Origin: Candidatus Bathyarchaeota archaeon
Lineage (GTDB): Archaea > Thermoproteota > Bathyarchaeia > Bathyarchaeales > DTEX01
DNA length: 64,000 nucleotides
Assembly: GCA_018396655.1 (NCBI GenBank)
Contig: JAGTQF010000003.1
Span: forward strand, 18,953-82,952
Reading direction: 5' to 3'
Positions 19,259 through 28,398 of the stretch are shown in pieces. Under the pieces are notes generated by a model. It saw only the letters and a program-made list of their open reading frames with translations, searched no databases and was not told the origin of the DNA. Made by a program: the position numbers and the translations under genes. Within the stretch, counting starts at the first letter, position 1. The number at the start of each line of letters is the position of its first letter.

Positions 19259-20839
19259 CTATACCTCTATGGTTAGTATTTCTCTCTCAGCCAACCTCAT
19301 GAATAGCATCATTATCACCGCCGAGTAAACCAATATTATGGCTGAGATGGGGGTGCTCACAGCGTAGCCCAGCGCTAAAGATGAAATTAATACCACTAGA
19401 ATATATGTTGGTGTTAGAAGCAGCGCTGAGAGCAGCATTGACGCCCAGCTCACAAAGATTGAGGGTGTCCCACGCCTCTTCTTCCCCAGAAACTTAATCG
19501 TGATGTAAAGGTTTACTGGGCAGCCTATCATCGAGGTTGAGGTTACCAAAATTAGTGGCAATAGAGGGTTAATATTTGATGTTATTGATAAAATGAGTAT
19601 TATAATGGCCGGTAGCACCGAAGAGATCAATATAAAGTCGTAAGCGAGAGCCTTAATGACCATGCGCATATCAGCTCCTGAGGTTAATGGTATCCATAGG
19701 TTTTCTAGGTCTGAGAATCTCCAGTTGCCGACAAGTATTAAGGGCGTTATTAGCGAGTATACGCCAATAAAGAATGTTGTAAAGAACATTTGTGGAGGGG
19801 GTCTCTGGGCGCCCTGAGATGGCACAATACTGGTGATGCTAATTACGAATAAAACCACTAGGTAAAGGAGTAGGACCCCAAAGAAGCTACCCTCCCTCAG
19901 CATCCTAATAAACTCCTTCTTCATTAGGAAACTTAATAGAGACTTCGATTCGGGATTTAATGTGAGAAAAGCGCCCATCCGGGAGAAGGTTCTAATGCTC
20001 CTCTCTATCTTTAGGGTTTGTGTACGCATCGAGACATCAAATGGAGACACGAAGGGAGCATAGCCCGCCATAGGAAAGAAGTTTTTCTCGGAGATGACCA
20101 TGAAGAAAGCCAATGATAGGAGAAAGTAAGAGGTTAAGCTTAATAGGCTTAGTGGCTCAACTCCACAGTCATATATTATGCCAAGAAGGATTTCGGCCAA
20201 GAATTTTGATGGATAAGGTAGCGAGCTATAATTTAATGATATGTCGAGGAACAGGCTGAGCGCTGGAAGCATTAGAAAAAGCATAATCATCGATGTGAAT
20301 GCGTTTATCCATCTCCTCCCATATAAGGACTTCATTATTGAGAGGGAAATCTTCAGAAGGATGAGCATGAAGATGAATAGGAGTATTGCTAGAAGCATTG
20401 TTATGGCTGAGAGGGCGGATAAATTAAGTGAGAAGACGAGAAGGATGTAGAGAACTAGAATCGGGTTTGCAAAGACAAGTGCTAATGTTAAATCCGCAAA
20501 TATACTTGCAATCAGAAGTTCTCTAGGTCTTATCGGTGATGTCAAGAGTATGTTCTGCTCATAATCGAACACCATATAACCCCTCAGAGACAATAAGATA
20601 GCAAAGACCATAATCCCACTAGCAATAGCTGAAAGGACCTCAACATAAAATTCCACATTCACACCAGCCTCCTGCTTAACAGCATTAGTAATAAGTGTTA
20701 AGAAGCCAAATACGCTTGGAAGAAAGCCAATAGTATAAAGGAGTAGTAGTGCAACACTAGCTCTAGATGCCCTAATAGCCCCAAAGAACACTTTAACCTT
20801 AAACATGTACACGTTCAAGATTAGGCTTATCCTCATCAT
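19259..20839 (-). CDS. Polytopic membrane protein, putative ABC-2-type exporter permease
   Basis: 526 aa and about 12 or more hydrophobic helices. The start overlaps the upstream ABC ATPase stop by 4 nt. Confidence 0.55.
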   Translation of the reverse strand: MMRISLILNVYMFKVKVFFGAIRASRASVALLLLYTIGFLPSVFGFLTLITNAVKQEAGVNVEFYVEVLSAIASGIMVFAILLSLRGYMVFDYEQNILLTSPIRPRELLIASIFADLTLALVFANPILVLYILLVFSLNLSALSAITMLLAILLFIFMLILLKISLSIMKSLYGRRWINAFTSMIMLFLMLPALSLFLDISLNYSSLPYPSKFLAEILLGIIYDCGVEPLSLLSLTSYFLLSLAFFMVISEKNFFPMAGYAPFVSPFDVSMRTQTLKIERSIRTFSRMGAFLTLNPESKSLLSFLMKKEFIRMLREGSFFGVLLLYLVVLFVISITSIVPSQGAQRPPPQMFFTTFFIGVYSLITPLILVGNWRFSDLENLWIPLTSGADMRMVIKALAYDFILISSVLPAIIILILSITSNINPLLPLILVTSTSMIGCPVNLYITIKFLGKKRRGTPSIFVSWASMLLSALLLTPTYILVVLISSLALGYAVSTPISAIILVYSAVIMMLFMRLAEREILTIEV

Positions 20840-21651
20840 GGGCTCCTCCTCAAGAAGCCAAAGAATGTTCTTCGCTTTCTCTCAATTGGCTCCTCTACCA
20901 TCAGCTCCTTCGCTTCCTCAGTCAGCTTTAGGAAGACCTCCTCCAGTGTTGCGCTCTCACCGGTTCTCGACAGCTGCTGAAGGTTCTTTAGGTCTCCAGA
21001 CGCAACATTCTGCCCCTTATGAATTATCGCAACCCTATCACATAACCTCTCGGCTGTATCAAGCATATGGGTTGAAATAAAAATAGTCTTTCCCTCCTTA
21101 ACCCTCTCGCTGAAGAGCTCCTTCAGAACATGCTGCCCCATAGGGTCTATACCAATAAAAGGCTCATCAAGAATCAACAAGTCCGGGTCATGTATAAGCG
21201 CCGAGGCTATAGCAGTCTTCTGCCGCATACCCCTAGATAATGAGAGTATGAGGGCCCTTCTTTTCTCGCTAAGCTCAAACAGCCTGATGAAATAATTCAT
21301 TCTCTCCCTAATTTGATTGTCCGGAACCCCCCTAATTTTCCCGGCGTATATGAGGAGCTCCTCAACCGTTAGGTATTCTGGTAGCGAGACTGATTCCGGC
21401 ACGTAGCCAATAAGCCTCTTATATTCATATGGCTCCTCACTTATATCGACACCATTAACCCTTACAATACCCCTATCCATTTTTAATAAGCCAACTATTA
21501 TTTTGAGAGTTGTGGTCTTGCCAGCGCCATTTGGACCTATAAGCCCGAAAATCTCGCCCCTATTAACCTCCAGGTTAAGTCCCCTAAGGGCCTGCGTTCC
21601 ATCATAGGACTTCCAAACATCAATCAACTCAACAATTGGGAAAGAAGTCAT
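20836..21651 (-). CDS. ABC transporter ATP-binding protein
   Basis: Walker A GPNGAGKTT, signature LSRGMRQK, Walker B LLILDEP, H-loop STHML. Confidence 0.9.
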   Translation of the reverse strand: MTSFPIVELIDVWKSYDGTQALRGLNLEVNRGEIFGLIGPNGAGKTTTLKIIVGLLKMDRGIVRVNGVDISEEPYEYKRLIGYVPESVSLPEYLTVEELLIYAGKIRGVPDNQIRERMNYFIRLFELSEKRRALILSLSRGMRQKTAIASALIHDPDLLILDEPFIGIDPMGQHVLKELFSERVKEGKTIFISTHMLDTAERLCDRVAIIHKGQNVASGDLKNLQQLSRTGESATLEEVFLKLTEEAKELMVEEPIERKRRTFFGFLRRSP

Positions 21652-21676
21652 TTTTCACCTGTCGCCTCAAATTATT

Positions 21677-22207
21677 CTACTTCTTATAGCCGAGCTTTCT
21701 AAGTAGGTTCCTACGCCATTCAACACCCTTCTCGTCCTCAATACCCCTAGGCCTTGAGCCATCTATCACGCCCAGTATGCCTCTACCCTGCTCGGTTTCA
21801 GCGACTACAACCTGGAGTGGATTGGCTGTGGCAGCATATATGGTGCAGACCTCAGGAACCCTTTTTATGGCGTTAAGGACATTAATCGGGTATGCGCCCC
21901 GCATGAATATTATAAATGAGTGGCCGCATCCAAGCTTAAGCATATTCTCCGCGGCGGCCTTCTTAAGCTCCTCGTCTGTGCCCTCAACCCTAACTAGGCA
22001 CTCCCCGCTGCTCTCGCAGAAGGCTAGGCCGAACTTTATGCCGGGAACAGAATTGACCATAGCCTCATAAATATCCTCAACAGTCTTTATGAAATGGGAC
22101 ATTCCAAGAATGACGTTGCAGTCCTTCGGCATATCAATGTTTACAACCTTAATCTCGACCATAAAATAATCCTCCATAACATCAAACCAAAAATTTACTG
22201 AAACCAC
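21677..22207 (-). CDS. Adenosine-specific kinase family protein (PF04008-like)
   Basis: The pattern HFIKTVEDIYEA...PGIKFGLAFCE...LVRVEG...GCGHSF...YPINVLNAIK...ATANPLQVV...GRGILGVIDG is as I recall for this family. The likely start is MVEIKV at 22162. Confidence 0.55.
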   Translation of the reverse strand: MVSVNFWFDVMEDYFMVEIKVVNIDMPKDCNVILGMSHFIKTVEDIYEAMVNSVPGIKFGLAFCESSGECLVRVEGTDEELKKAAAENMLKLGCGHSFIIFMRGAYPINVLNAIKRVPEVCTIYAATANPLQVVVAETEQGRGILGVIDGSRPRGIEDEKGVEWRRNLLRKLGYKK

Positions 22208-22218
22208 TCTTATAATCT

Positions 22219-23289
22219 TTATTTACCCATGTAGGCTCTGATGCTCCCCCATCTATCAAATAATATACTAAGCAGGCCAGTTAATCCCGCATGAACCGAG
22301 TAAAATATGTAGCATAAGTAAGTGCAGTTTCTACAGTGGCTATATTCGTTCTGCAACCTTTTAATCATCGGGCTCATCCAAATCCTCGGCAAATCGAATA
22401 TGGAGACTATTGGCTCCTTACAGTGGCAGCCTGAAACCCTGCCCATATGGTCTACCACTAAGAAACTCCTGAGCGCCCTACACCTCCATATTCTTTCACC
22501 AGTTAGGGCTAGATGTTTCACGGCTTTGAGGGTTCTCGTAGTTATATATATGTACCTATTCTCCTTCTTCATTTCCATGAGCGCATCGCATACCTCAGCC
22601 AGCATCTTTCCATCGGTTATCTCATATTCATCATTCCTCTTACCTATTGAGAATGCACCCCTAGAGGGCTGATAATCATACGCGTAGAGACAATACCAGA
22701 CCGGTATTCCGCGTTCCGTGAAATATTTTGTGAAATCGATTATTTCATATATGTTCATCTGCGATATTGTCGGTGAGACCCCCACCGATATTCCCTCTTT
22801 TCTGAGCACCTCAATAGCCTCCATAGCCCTTCGCCATGCTCCGCTGACACCCTTAAGATAATCATTCTTCTTCTCGTCGAGGGTATCTAGGGATATGGCA
22901 ACAAAGTCCACGCTGCGCAGCTCATCAATCTTATTTAACGCAATGCTGCCATTATCGTAAACAGTCGTCACAAAATATTTTGAGGCATAATCTAGAATCT
23001 CGCCTATATCATCCCGGAGAAGGGGGTTTCCGCCAGAAAAAACAATCTCTAAAACACCCAAATCACGCAAAATATCTAAGCCGCGCTTAACATCCTCCGT
23101 TGACAGCTCAGCCGAATCGGAATCCAACCAAACATTACACCCCCTACATCTGTAATTGCACCTTCTAGTTATAAACCACTGTGCATGATGGAGACTGGGA
23201 CGCTTAAGAGAGCGACTAGCTAAGCCTAGGATTTTTGAGCGGTCTATCATTGAGCCATCGCCCAATCCACTTAATCCTATATACGCCAA
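22219..23289 (-). CDS. Radical SAM enzyme with a C-terminal Cys-rich SPASM/twitch-like domain
   Basis: CNYRCRGCNVW (CxxxCxxC) followed by FSGGNPLL. C-terminal cysteines: CRALR...GCHC...CRNCTYLC. Confidence 0.8.
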   Translation of the reverse strand: MAYIGLSGLGDGSMIDRSKILGLASRSLKRPSLHHAQWFITRRCNYRCRGCNVWLDSDSAELSTEDVKRGLDILRDLGVLEIVFSGGNPLLRDDIGEILDYASKYFVTTVYDNGSIALNKIDELRSVDFVAISLDTLDEKKNDYLKGVSGAWRRAMEAIEVLRKEGISVGVSPTISQMNIYEIIDFTKYFTERGIPVWYCLYAYDYQPSRGAFSIGKRNDEYEITDGKMLAEVCDALMEMKKENRYIYITTRTLKAVKHLALTGERIWRCRALRSFLVVDHMGRVSGCHCKEPIVSIFDLPRIWMSPMIKRLQNEYSHCRNCTYLCYIFYSVHAGLTGLLSILFDRWGSIRAYMGK

Positions 23290-23437
23290 TATAGTAATCT
23301 TCTGTTTGAGGGATAACTCTTACGTAAAATGAGTAAAATCTCCCCCTTAACCTACTGGCGCTATGTCAATATGTGGATTCAAGCGTCATGTAAAATTTGT
23401 TAGCATAAATATTAATTAATGCGTTCCCCCTCGATTT

Positions 23438-23480
23438 GGAGAGAGAAAGAGGTTATCTCAGAAGATAGGGAGGTATCAAC
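23438..23480 (+). repeat. Copy 2 of the three-copy intergenic motif
   Basis: ggagagagaaagaggTTATCTcagaAGATAGggaggtatcaac. From GGYTATC to ATCAAC it matches copy 3 at 27 of 28 aligned bases, with two 1-nt indels. The last 5 nt overlap the stop of the GT2 gene on the opposite strand. Confidence 0.55.
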
Positions 23481-24510
23481 TATTTTCTACCGAAGTTAAG
23501 AGGCCGCGGATTATACCTAAGCTAAATGAGAGTATTCTAAGCAAATCTAATATTGGGTAAGCCAGGATGTCAGCTTGCCTTCTCCACCCCCTACTGAGGG
23601 CTTTAACAGCATAAAAGCATAGGAGAATTATAGGTGGAAGTATTGTTATTGAGAGAAGCGGGATTAAGAAAATTGGGCTGAGGGATGCTGCTAGAAATAG
23701 CAGCGAGAAGCATAGCACAACCCAAGATAGGAAGGATAGAAGGCTCAGAATAATCCACTTGGAGAATTTCCCTTTAATCCCCATTCTTACAATTAAGCCA
23801 CCACCCCTACCATAATTGAATGACTGCTTTAGAAGACCCCTCAGGCTCCCCCTATGCTTATGCCAAACAATGATATTTGGGTCTAAAAGCATTAGATAAC
23901 CAGACCTACAAACCCTTTCAACAAGCTCATCCTCATCGAAGCCATAGCGAATCCTCTCATTAAAGAATCCAGCCTTCTCTAAAGCGTCCCTCCTAAAAGC
24001 CATATTACATCCAGCCGGATAACGGAAAATGGGCTTCACATTACTCAGCAGCTCACGTCTCCTAAATCTTCTTAAAACTGGCATCACACTCTCATCAGCG
24101 TATCTTGCTAGAAAATCATCCTCATATCTCATGACGCTTCCACCCAAACAACCAATGCGAGAATCACTAAAGGCCTCCACAATCTTTTTAACCCAATCCC
24201 TAGGGACAACACAGTCTGAGTCGGTGAAAGCCAGTATCTCACCACAACTATTCCTCACACCGACATTTCTAGCAACATTTATCCCCCTCCTAGTCTCCAC
24301 GACCACTCTTACAGGGTATCTTTGGGCTATCTCCCTAGTCCTATCAGTTGAGCCACCATCAACAACTATTATCTCCAGCCGATCTCTCCTATAATCCAGT
24401 GCTATAAGGGATTCTAAAAGGGCCTTTATTGTCACCTCAGAGTTAAGTGCTGGAATAATCACTGAAACCATCGGCTCATAGGGGTTCTCATTCATGGGGT
24501 TCTCTCCCAA
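23476..24510 (-). CDS. Family 2 glycosyltransferase with C-terminal transmembrane helices
   Basis: VSVIIPALN..., the DGGSTD and FTDSD (DxD) motifs, and C-terminal hydrophobic segments. Confidence 0.8.
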   Translation of the reverse strand: MGENPMNENPYEPMVSVIIPALNSEVTIKALLESLIALDYRRDRLEIIVVDGGSTDRTREIAQRYPVRVVVETRRGINVARNVGVRNSCGEILAFTDSDCVVPRDWVKKIVEAFSDSRIGCLGGSVMRYEDDFLARYADESVMPVLRRFRRRELLSNVKPIFRYPAGCNMAFRRDALEKAGFFNERIRYGFDEDELVERVCRSGYLMLLDPNIIVWHKHRGSLRGLLKQSFNYGRGGGLIVRMGIKGKFSKWIILSLLSFLSWVVLCFSLLFLAASLSPIFLIPLLSITILPPIILLCFYAVKALSRGWRRQADILAYPILDLLRILSFSLGIIRGLLTSVENS

Positions 24511-24596
24511 AATCTCGTATTAGATGCATGGCGATATAAGTCATTCTTGTAATGTTGCCCGAAATGTCAAAAGGATTATAAGGAGTTGCACGGCAA

Positions 24597-25730
24597 GTGC
24601 GATATGAGATTGCCGAGGCTATTAAAATGTTAATCCACATAATTATCTCATCGGTAAATGTTCTCACAAACCTTAAGAAAATTGGTTGTGCAGATAATGA
24701 TATAAAAATAATTGTTGTGGATGAGGGTGATGAAAAAATACGAATGAAAAACGATAAAATCTTAGCCGAGACTGCGCACGAATATTATGGTCCAAAAGAG
24801 AGGGAGAAATGGTTTAAAGAGAGGTTTGGGGGCTCGTTTGAGAAGTATCTTGGGCTTATCCCCGAGAGATGCCATGCTGAAACATCATTTGGTTTTCTAA
24901 GGGCCTATGAGGATGGAGCCGATGTGGTGATTGAGTTAGATGATGATGTTTATATTTCAGGAGACTTCCTAAAAGCCCATGTATCAAATCTTCTTAGCGA
25001 GGATGGTGTCACGGTCCACTCGAGGGGAAGATGGTATAACACGATAGATAATCTCCTACTAAGCCCAAATGAAAAGGTGTTCCCTAGAGGGCACCCGTAC
25101 ACACCACCGTGTAGAGATGAAGATTACACGTGGATTAATCAGGGAGGCAAGTGTATATTAAATATGGGGCTTTGGAGCGGGCAGCCGGACTTAGATGCAT
25201 TAACAATCATTTATCACGGAGGTTTAGATGGAAGAAGCAGCATAAAGAGCAATGGAATAAGGAGGGAGAAGATAATTGTGGACAAGAGAACATACTTCGC
25301 GATTTGCAGCATGAATACATCTTTTCTGTCAAAAGCTATCCCAGCATTCTATCAGCTCTACATGAACTTCATGGATGTAGATAGATTCGACGATATATGG
25401 TCTGGCATATTCCTCAAGAGAATAGCCGACCACATTGGAGATGGAATCTGCCTAGGAAAACCCTTAGGATTCCATGACAAGAGACCACGCAACATATTCA
25501 AGGACCTAAAAAAGGAGGCAAGCGGGCTCGACATGAACGAACTAATATGGAAGATTTGCGACGAAGCGATCTTTTCAGCCAAAACCTATCCGGACTGCTA
25601 CCTTGAACTCGCAAATCACATAGAGAAGGAGGTCGAAAAATGGTTCAAGGAGCCTATGCAAATCAAATTCTGGAGAATCCAAGTTGAAAAAATGAGACTT
25701 TGGGTTGAGGCAGCTGACAAGATAAAGTAG
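24597..25730 (+). CDS. Reversibly glycosylated polypeptide / UDP-arabinopyranose mutase family (GT75) homologue
   Basis: Collinear blocks match plant RGP from memory: IIVVDEGD~IIVQDGD, ELDDDVYI~TIDDDCFV, PRGHPY~VRGYPF, GLWSGQPDLDALT~GLWLNIPDYDAPT, CSMNTSF~CGMNLAF, RFDDIWSGIFLKRIADHIG~RYDDMWAGWCIKVICDHLG, FKDLKKE~FVNLKKE, CYLELA~CYIELS. Confidence 0.7.
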   Translation: MRYEIAEAIKMLIHIIISSVNVLTNLKKIGCADNDIKIIVVDEGDEKIRMKNDKILAETAHEYYGPKEREKWFKERFGGSFEKYLGLIPERCHAETSFGFLRAYEDGADVVIELDDDVYISGDFLKAHVSNLLSEDGVTVHSRGRWYNTIDNLLLSPNEKVFPRGHPYTPPCRDEDYTWINQGGKCILNMGLWSGQPDLDALTIIYHGGLDGRSSIKSNGIRREKIIVDKRTYFAICSMNTSFLSKAIPAFYQLYMNFMDVDRFDDIWSGIFLKRIADHIGDGICLGKPLGFHDKRPRNIFKDLKKEASGLDMNELIWKICDEAIFSAKTYPDCYLELANHIEKEVEKWFKEPMQIKFWRIQVEKMRLWVEAADKIK

Positions 25731-25752
25731 GGATTTATGGTGATAGATAAGG

Positions 25753-26766
25753 TTGTGTGAGAAGGACCCTAAGGTTTCAGTCATAATTGTGAATTTTAGG
25801 GGACTTGAGAGGCTGGAAAAATGCCTCAAATCCCTAGAGCGGACGAAATATCCTAACTTCGACATAATAGTCGTGGACTGCCTAACAGATAATATAGAGA
25901 CATGGCTTAGAGAAAGATTTCCAAATGTGAAACTGATACACTACGATTATGATATTGGCGCCTCAGCATCCCACAACGTCGACAGGCGATTTCTAGACCC
26001 TAAAACAAAATATCTTGCCTTCTTAGACAACGATGTCTATGTAACTGAGAACTGGCTTACCGAGCTGGTTAAGGTTTTGGAGAGCAATAAAGAGATAGGT
26101 GTTGCGCAAGCCAAAATACTAATCGCTAGAAAACCCAGTCTCCTCGATCATGCCGGGCTGGCGATTGATGCTCTAGGAACATGGCACACATCCTATGGCT
26201 CCAAAGCCGGTTTACTCGAAAACGTTTTAGAATTGTTTGCGGCATCGTCAGCTGGATGCATTGTTAGAAGAGACGTATTTGAGGAGGTTGGAGGCTTTGA
26301 CCCAGACTACTATATATATGACGATGATACCGACTTCTCCTTTAGAGTTAGGCTTTTAGGATACAAAGTAGTTCTAGTTCCATCAGCTATAGTGCTCCAT
26401 GATAGCGAACCAACACGATTCCTTAAGCCAAAAAAACTCTACCATTCAGTTAAGAACAGAATATGCACAATGCTCAAAAATTACGAGATTAAAAATCTCT
26501 GGTGGCGCCTAATAGCATATATTATATCAGCACTTCTAGCCGGATTTGGCTTAGCATTAATGGGTAAGGTTGAAGAATCAAAAGAGATTATAAGGGGCCT
26601 AATCTACCCACTAACCAACGCAAGAAAGATATGGATGAAGCGAGCGCTAATACAATCCAGGAGAAAGATTAGGGACTCGGGCCTCATAAGAAAGGGACTT
26701 TTAAGAAGAGACCCTCTTCCAACGATCTTTGATATTAAATCTAAATTATCATATTTGAGAGGATGA
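25753..26766 (+). CDS. Family 2 glycosyltransferase (rhamnosyltransferase-like)
   Basis: VSVIIVNFRG, LDNDV, and the DDDTDFSFR motif typical of GT2 group 2. TTG start. Confidence 0.8.
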   Translation: MCEKDPKVSVIIVNFRGLERLEKCLKSLERTKYPNFDIIVVDCLTDNIETWLRERFPNVKLIHYDYDIGASASHNVDRRFLDPKTKYLAFLDNDVYVTENWLTELVKVLESNKEIGVAQAKILIARKPSLLDHAGLAIDALGTWHTSYGSKAGLLENVLELFAASSAGCIVRRDVFEEVGGFDPDYYIYDDDTDFSFRVRLLGYKVVLVPSAIVLHDSEPTRFLKPKKLYHSVKNRICTMLKNYEIKNLWWRLIAYIISALLAGFGLALMGKVEESKEIIRGLIYPLTNARKIWMKRALIQSRRKIRDSGLIRKGLLRRDPLPTIFDIKSKLSYLRG

Positions 26767-26799
26767 TGGGACACTTCCCCTAGAAGGTGAATACTTAAT

Positions 26800-28377
26800 C
26801 TATTTTTGGCCGAATAGGCCTTCTATGTGCCTCCTTATGTGCGCCGCAATTGTCTCATAAAATTCCTCTTCATTATCTAATAGAACCCTCTTTATGCGCT
26901 CACGGAACAACCATTTACCGTCCTCGCTCCTAGCCGTTAATATGGAGCCAAACGTAATATGCAGAATCTGTCTCCCAGAACTATTCTCTAGAAAAGCTCT
27001 TTCTAACTCTCTATCTGGAATATCATCTGGATTTGGCATAGATTTCGGGTCCGCACTCGTAAAATAGCTTCTTCGGTCAGATTCGAAGCATTTAAGGCTA
27101 TACTTAATGATCTCTCTGAAGAGATTCGGTTCATGTCTTGCGATGACCCTTAAAGATTCAAGATAGCTTGTTCCAGACGTCTTCAAATGCACCATATCCG
27201 GAGCTAGTCTACTAACTATTGGGTATATGGAGAATTTGTCGCTTCCAGAATGGATGCTTATCTTATATGGGCCCAAAGCCTTAGAAATTAAGACATGCAT
27301 GAGGAAATTCTCCTCAAACTCCTTTAAATCCCCAATATAATCTATAGCCTTCTCAAACCTACCAGCAAACCTAGGCGCTAAACCATGAAACCTCACACCA
27401 AATCTCCTCAACTCTGAAACTATAAAAAAGTGCTCTAGGGCTGATATAGGACTCTCAGTCTCGTCGATTGAAACCTCGAAATCAAATCTTCTCCGTCCAA
27501 AAAGACTTTTAAGGCGCCTATAAACTCTAACAATGAAGAGAATGGCATTCGAAAATTTAACGGCCGCCCTCATTAAATTCTCCTCTGAAAACCTCAGTTC
27601 TCTGATTTTACCATCTGGCAAATATAGAGTCAGTCTCTTCTTCAAGTAAACTTTTAGAAAACGCTCTATTCCAATCCCCATCTCGCTCCATGGAAGCCCA
27701 TTAAATCGCTCCCTCAGGACGCTGACAGGATAATTATCCGCTTCACTATCCACGTAGTCTGAAGGGTCAACAGTATACATTGTGAAGCCAGCCTGAAATG
27801 CGTCTTCAACATCCTCCTCCCTCTTTAGATGGTCAGCGTCAGCAGCAAAACCCATGCGATAACCCTCCTGAAAGACCGCCCATGAAACGCCATCCAAGAC
27901 CTCCCGTAGAGTTCTTCCTGTTCGCTGTATCTCTCTAATAGATTGCTGTGCTAAAACTGGAAGAAGGCCAAAACCTTTTATGGCCCTTATATGGCCTGGT
28001 GTCGCTATGCCAATCCTATCGCCCAATCCTATCGTGGGGGTTAAGCCTAATGGTCTCGGCCGAGTAAAAGTAAACATTCTCCTTAGTGCTAGGGCATTCT
28101 CACCATCACATTTACAGACAATATATCTTAGGTTCTTATCTCTAAATTTAAAGATACCCTCCTCTTCTGGAATAAACCTCTCTGGAAGGGTGTATTTAAA
28201 CGGACATATAATTACTAGCTTCTTTTCAATATCCTCACGGATGAGAAAGAAGATGCAACCACCTCTTCTTATCACGGAGCGCTCATATATTTTAAGCGGC
28301 TTCTTAGCACCATAAACTCTCATGAACTCATCAATTACAATAGAATACTTCATAATATGATTCTCCGAAATTAGCAC
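26800..28377 (-). CDS. UxaE-like sugar epimerase (tagaturonate/fructuronate epimerase family), tentative
   Basis: Motifs GLGDRIG, FAADADHLK, ISIHSGSDKFSIYP and HLKTSGTSYLE are as I recall for the UxaE family. It sits at the edge of the glycan cluster. Confidence 0.45.
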   Translation of the reverse strand: MLISENHIMKYSIVIDEFMRVYGAKKPLKIYERSVIRRGGCIFFLIREDIEKKLVIICPFKYTLPERFIPEEEGIFKFRDKNLRYIVCKCDGENALALRRMFTFTRPRPLGLTPTIGLGDRIGIATPGHIRAIKGFGLLPVLAQQSIREIQRTGRTLREVLDGVSWAVFQEGYRMGFAADADHLKREEDVEDAFQAGFTMYTVDPSDYVDSEADNYPVSVLRERFNGLPWSEMGIGIERFLKVYLKKRLTLYLPDGKIRELRFSEENLMRAAVKFSNAILFIVRVYRRLKSLFGRRRFDFEVSIDETESPISALEHFFIVSELRRFGVRFHGLAPRFAGRFEKAIDYIGDLKEFEENFLMHVLISKALGPYKISIHSGSDKFSIYPIVSRLAPDMVHLKTSGTSYLESLRVIARHEPNLFREIIKYSLKCFESDRRSYFTSADPKSMPNPDDIPDRELERAFLENSSGRQILHITFGSILTARSEDGKWLFRERIKRVLLDNEEEFYETIAAHIRRHIEGLFGQK

Positions 28378-28398
28378 GAGAGGGATAACAAACTAAAT

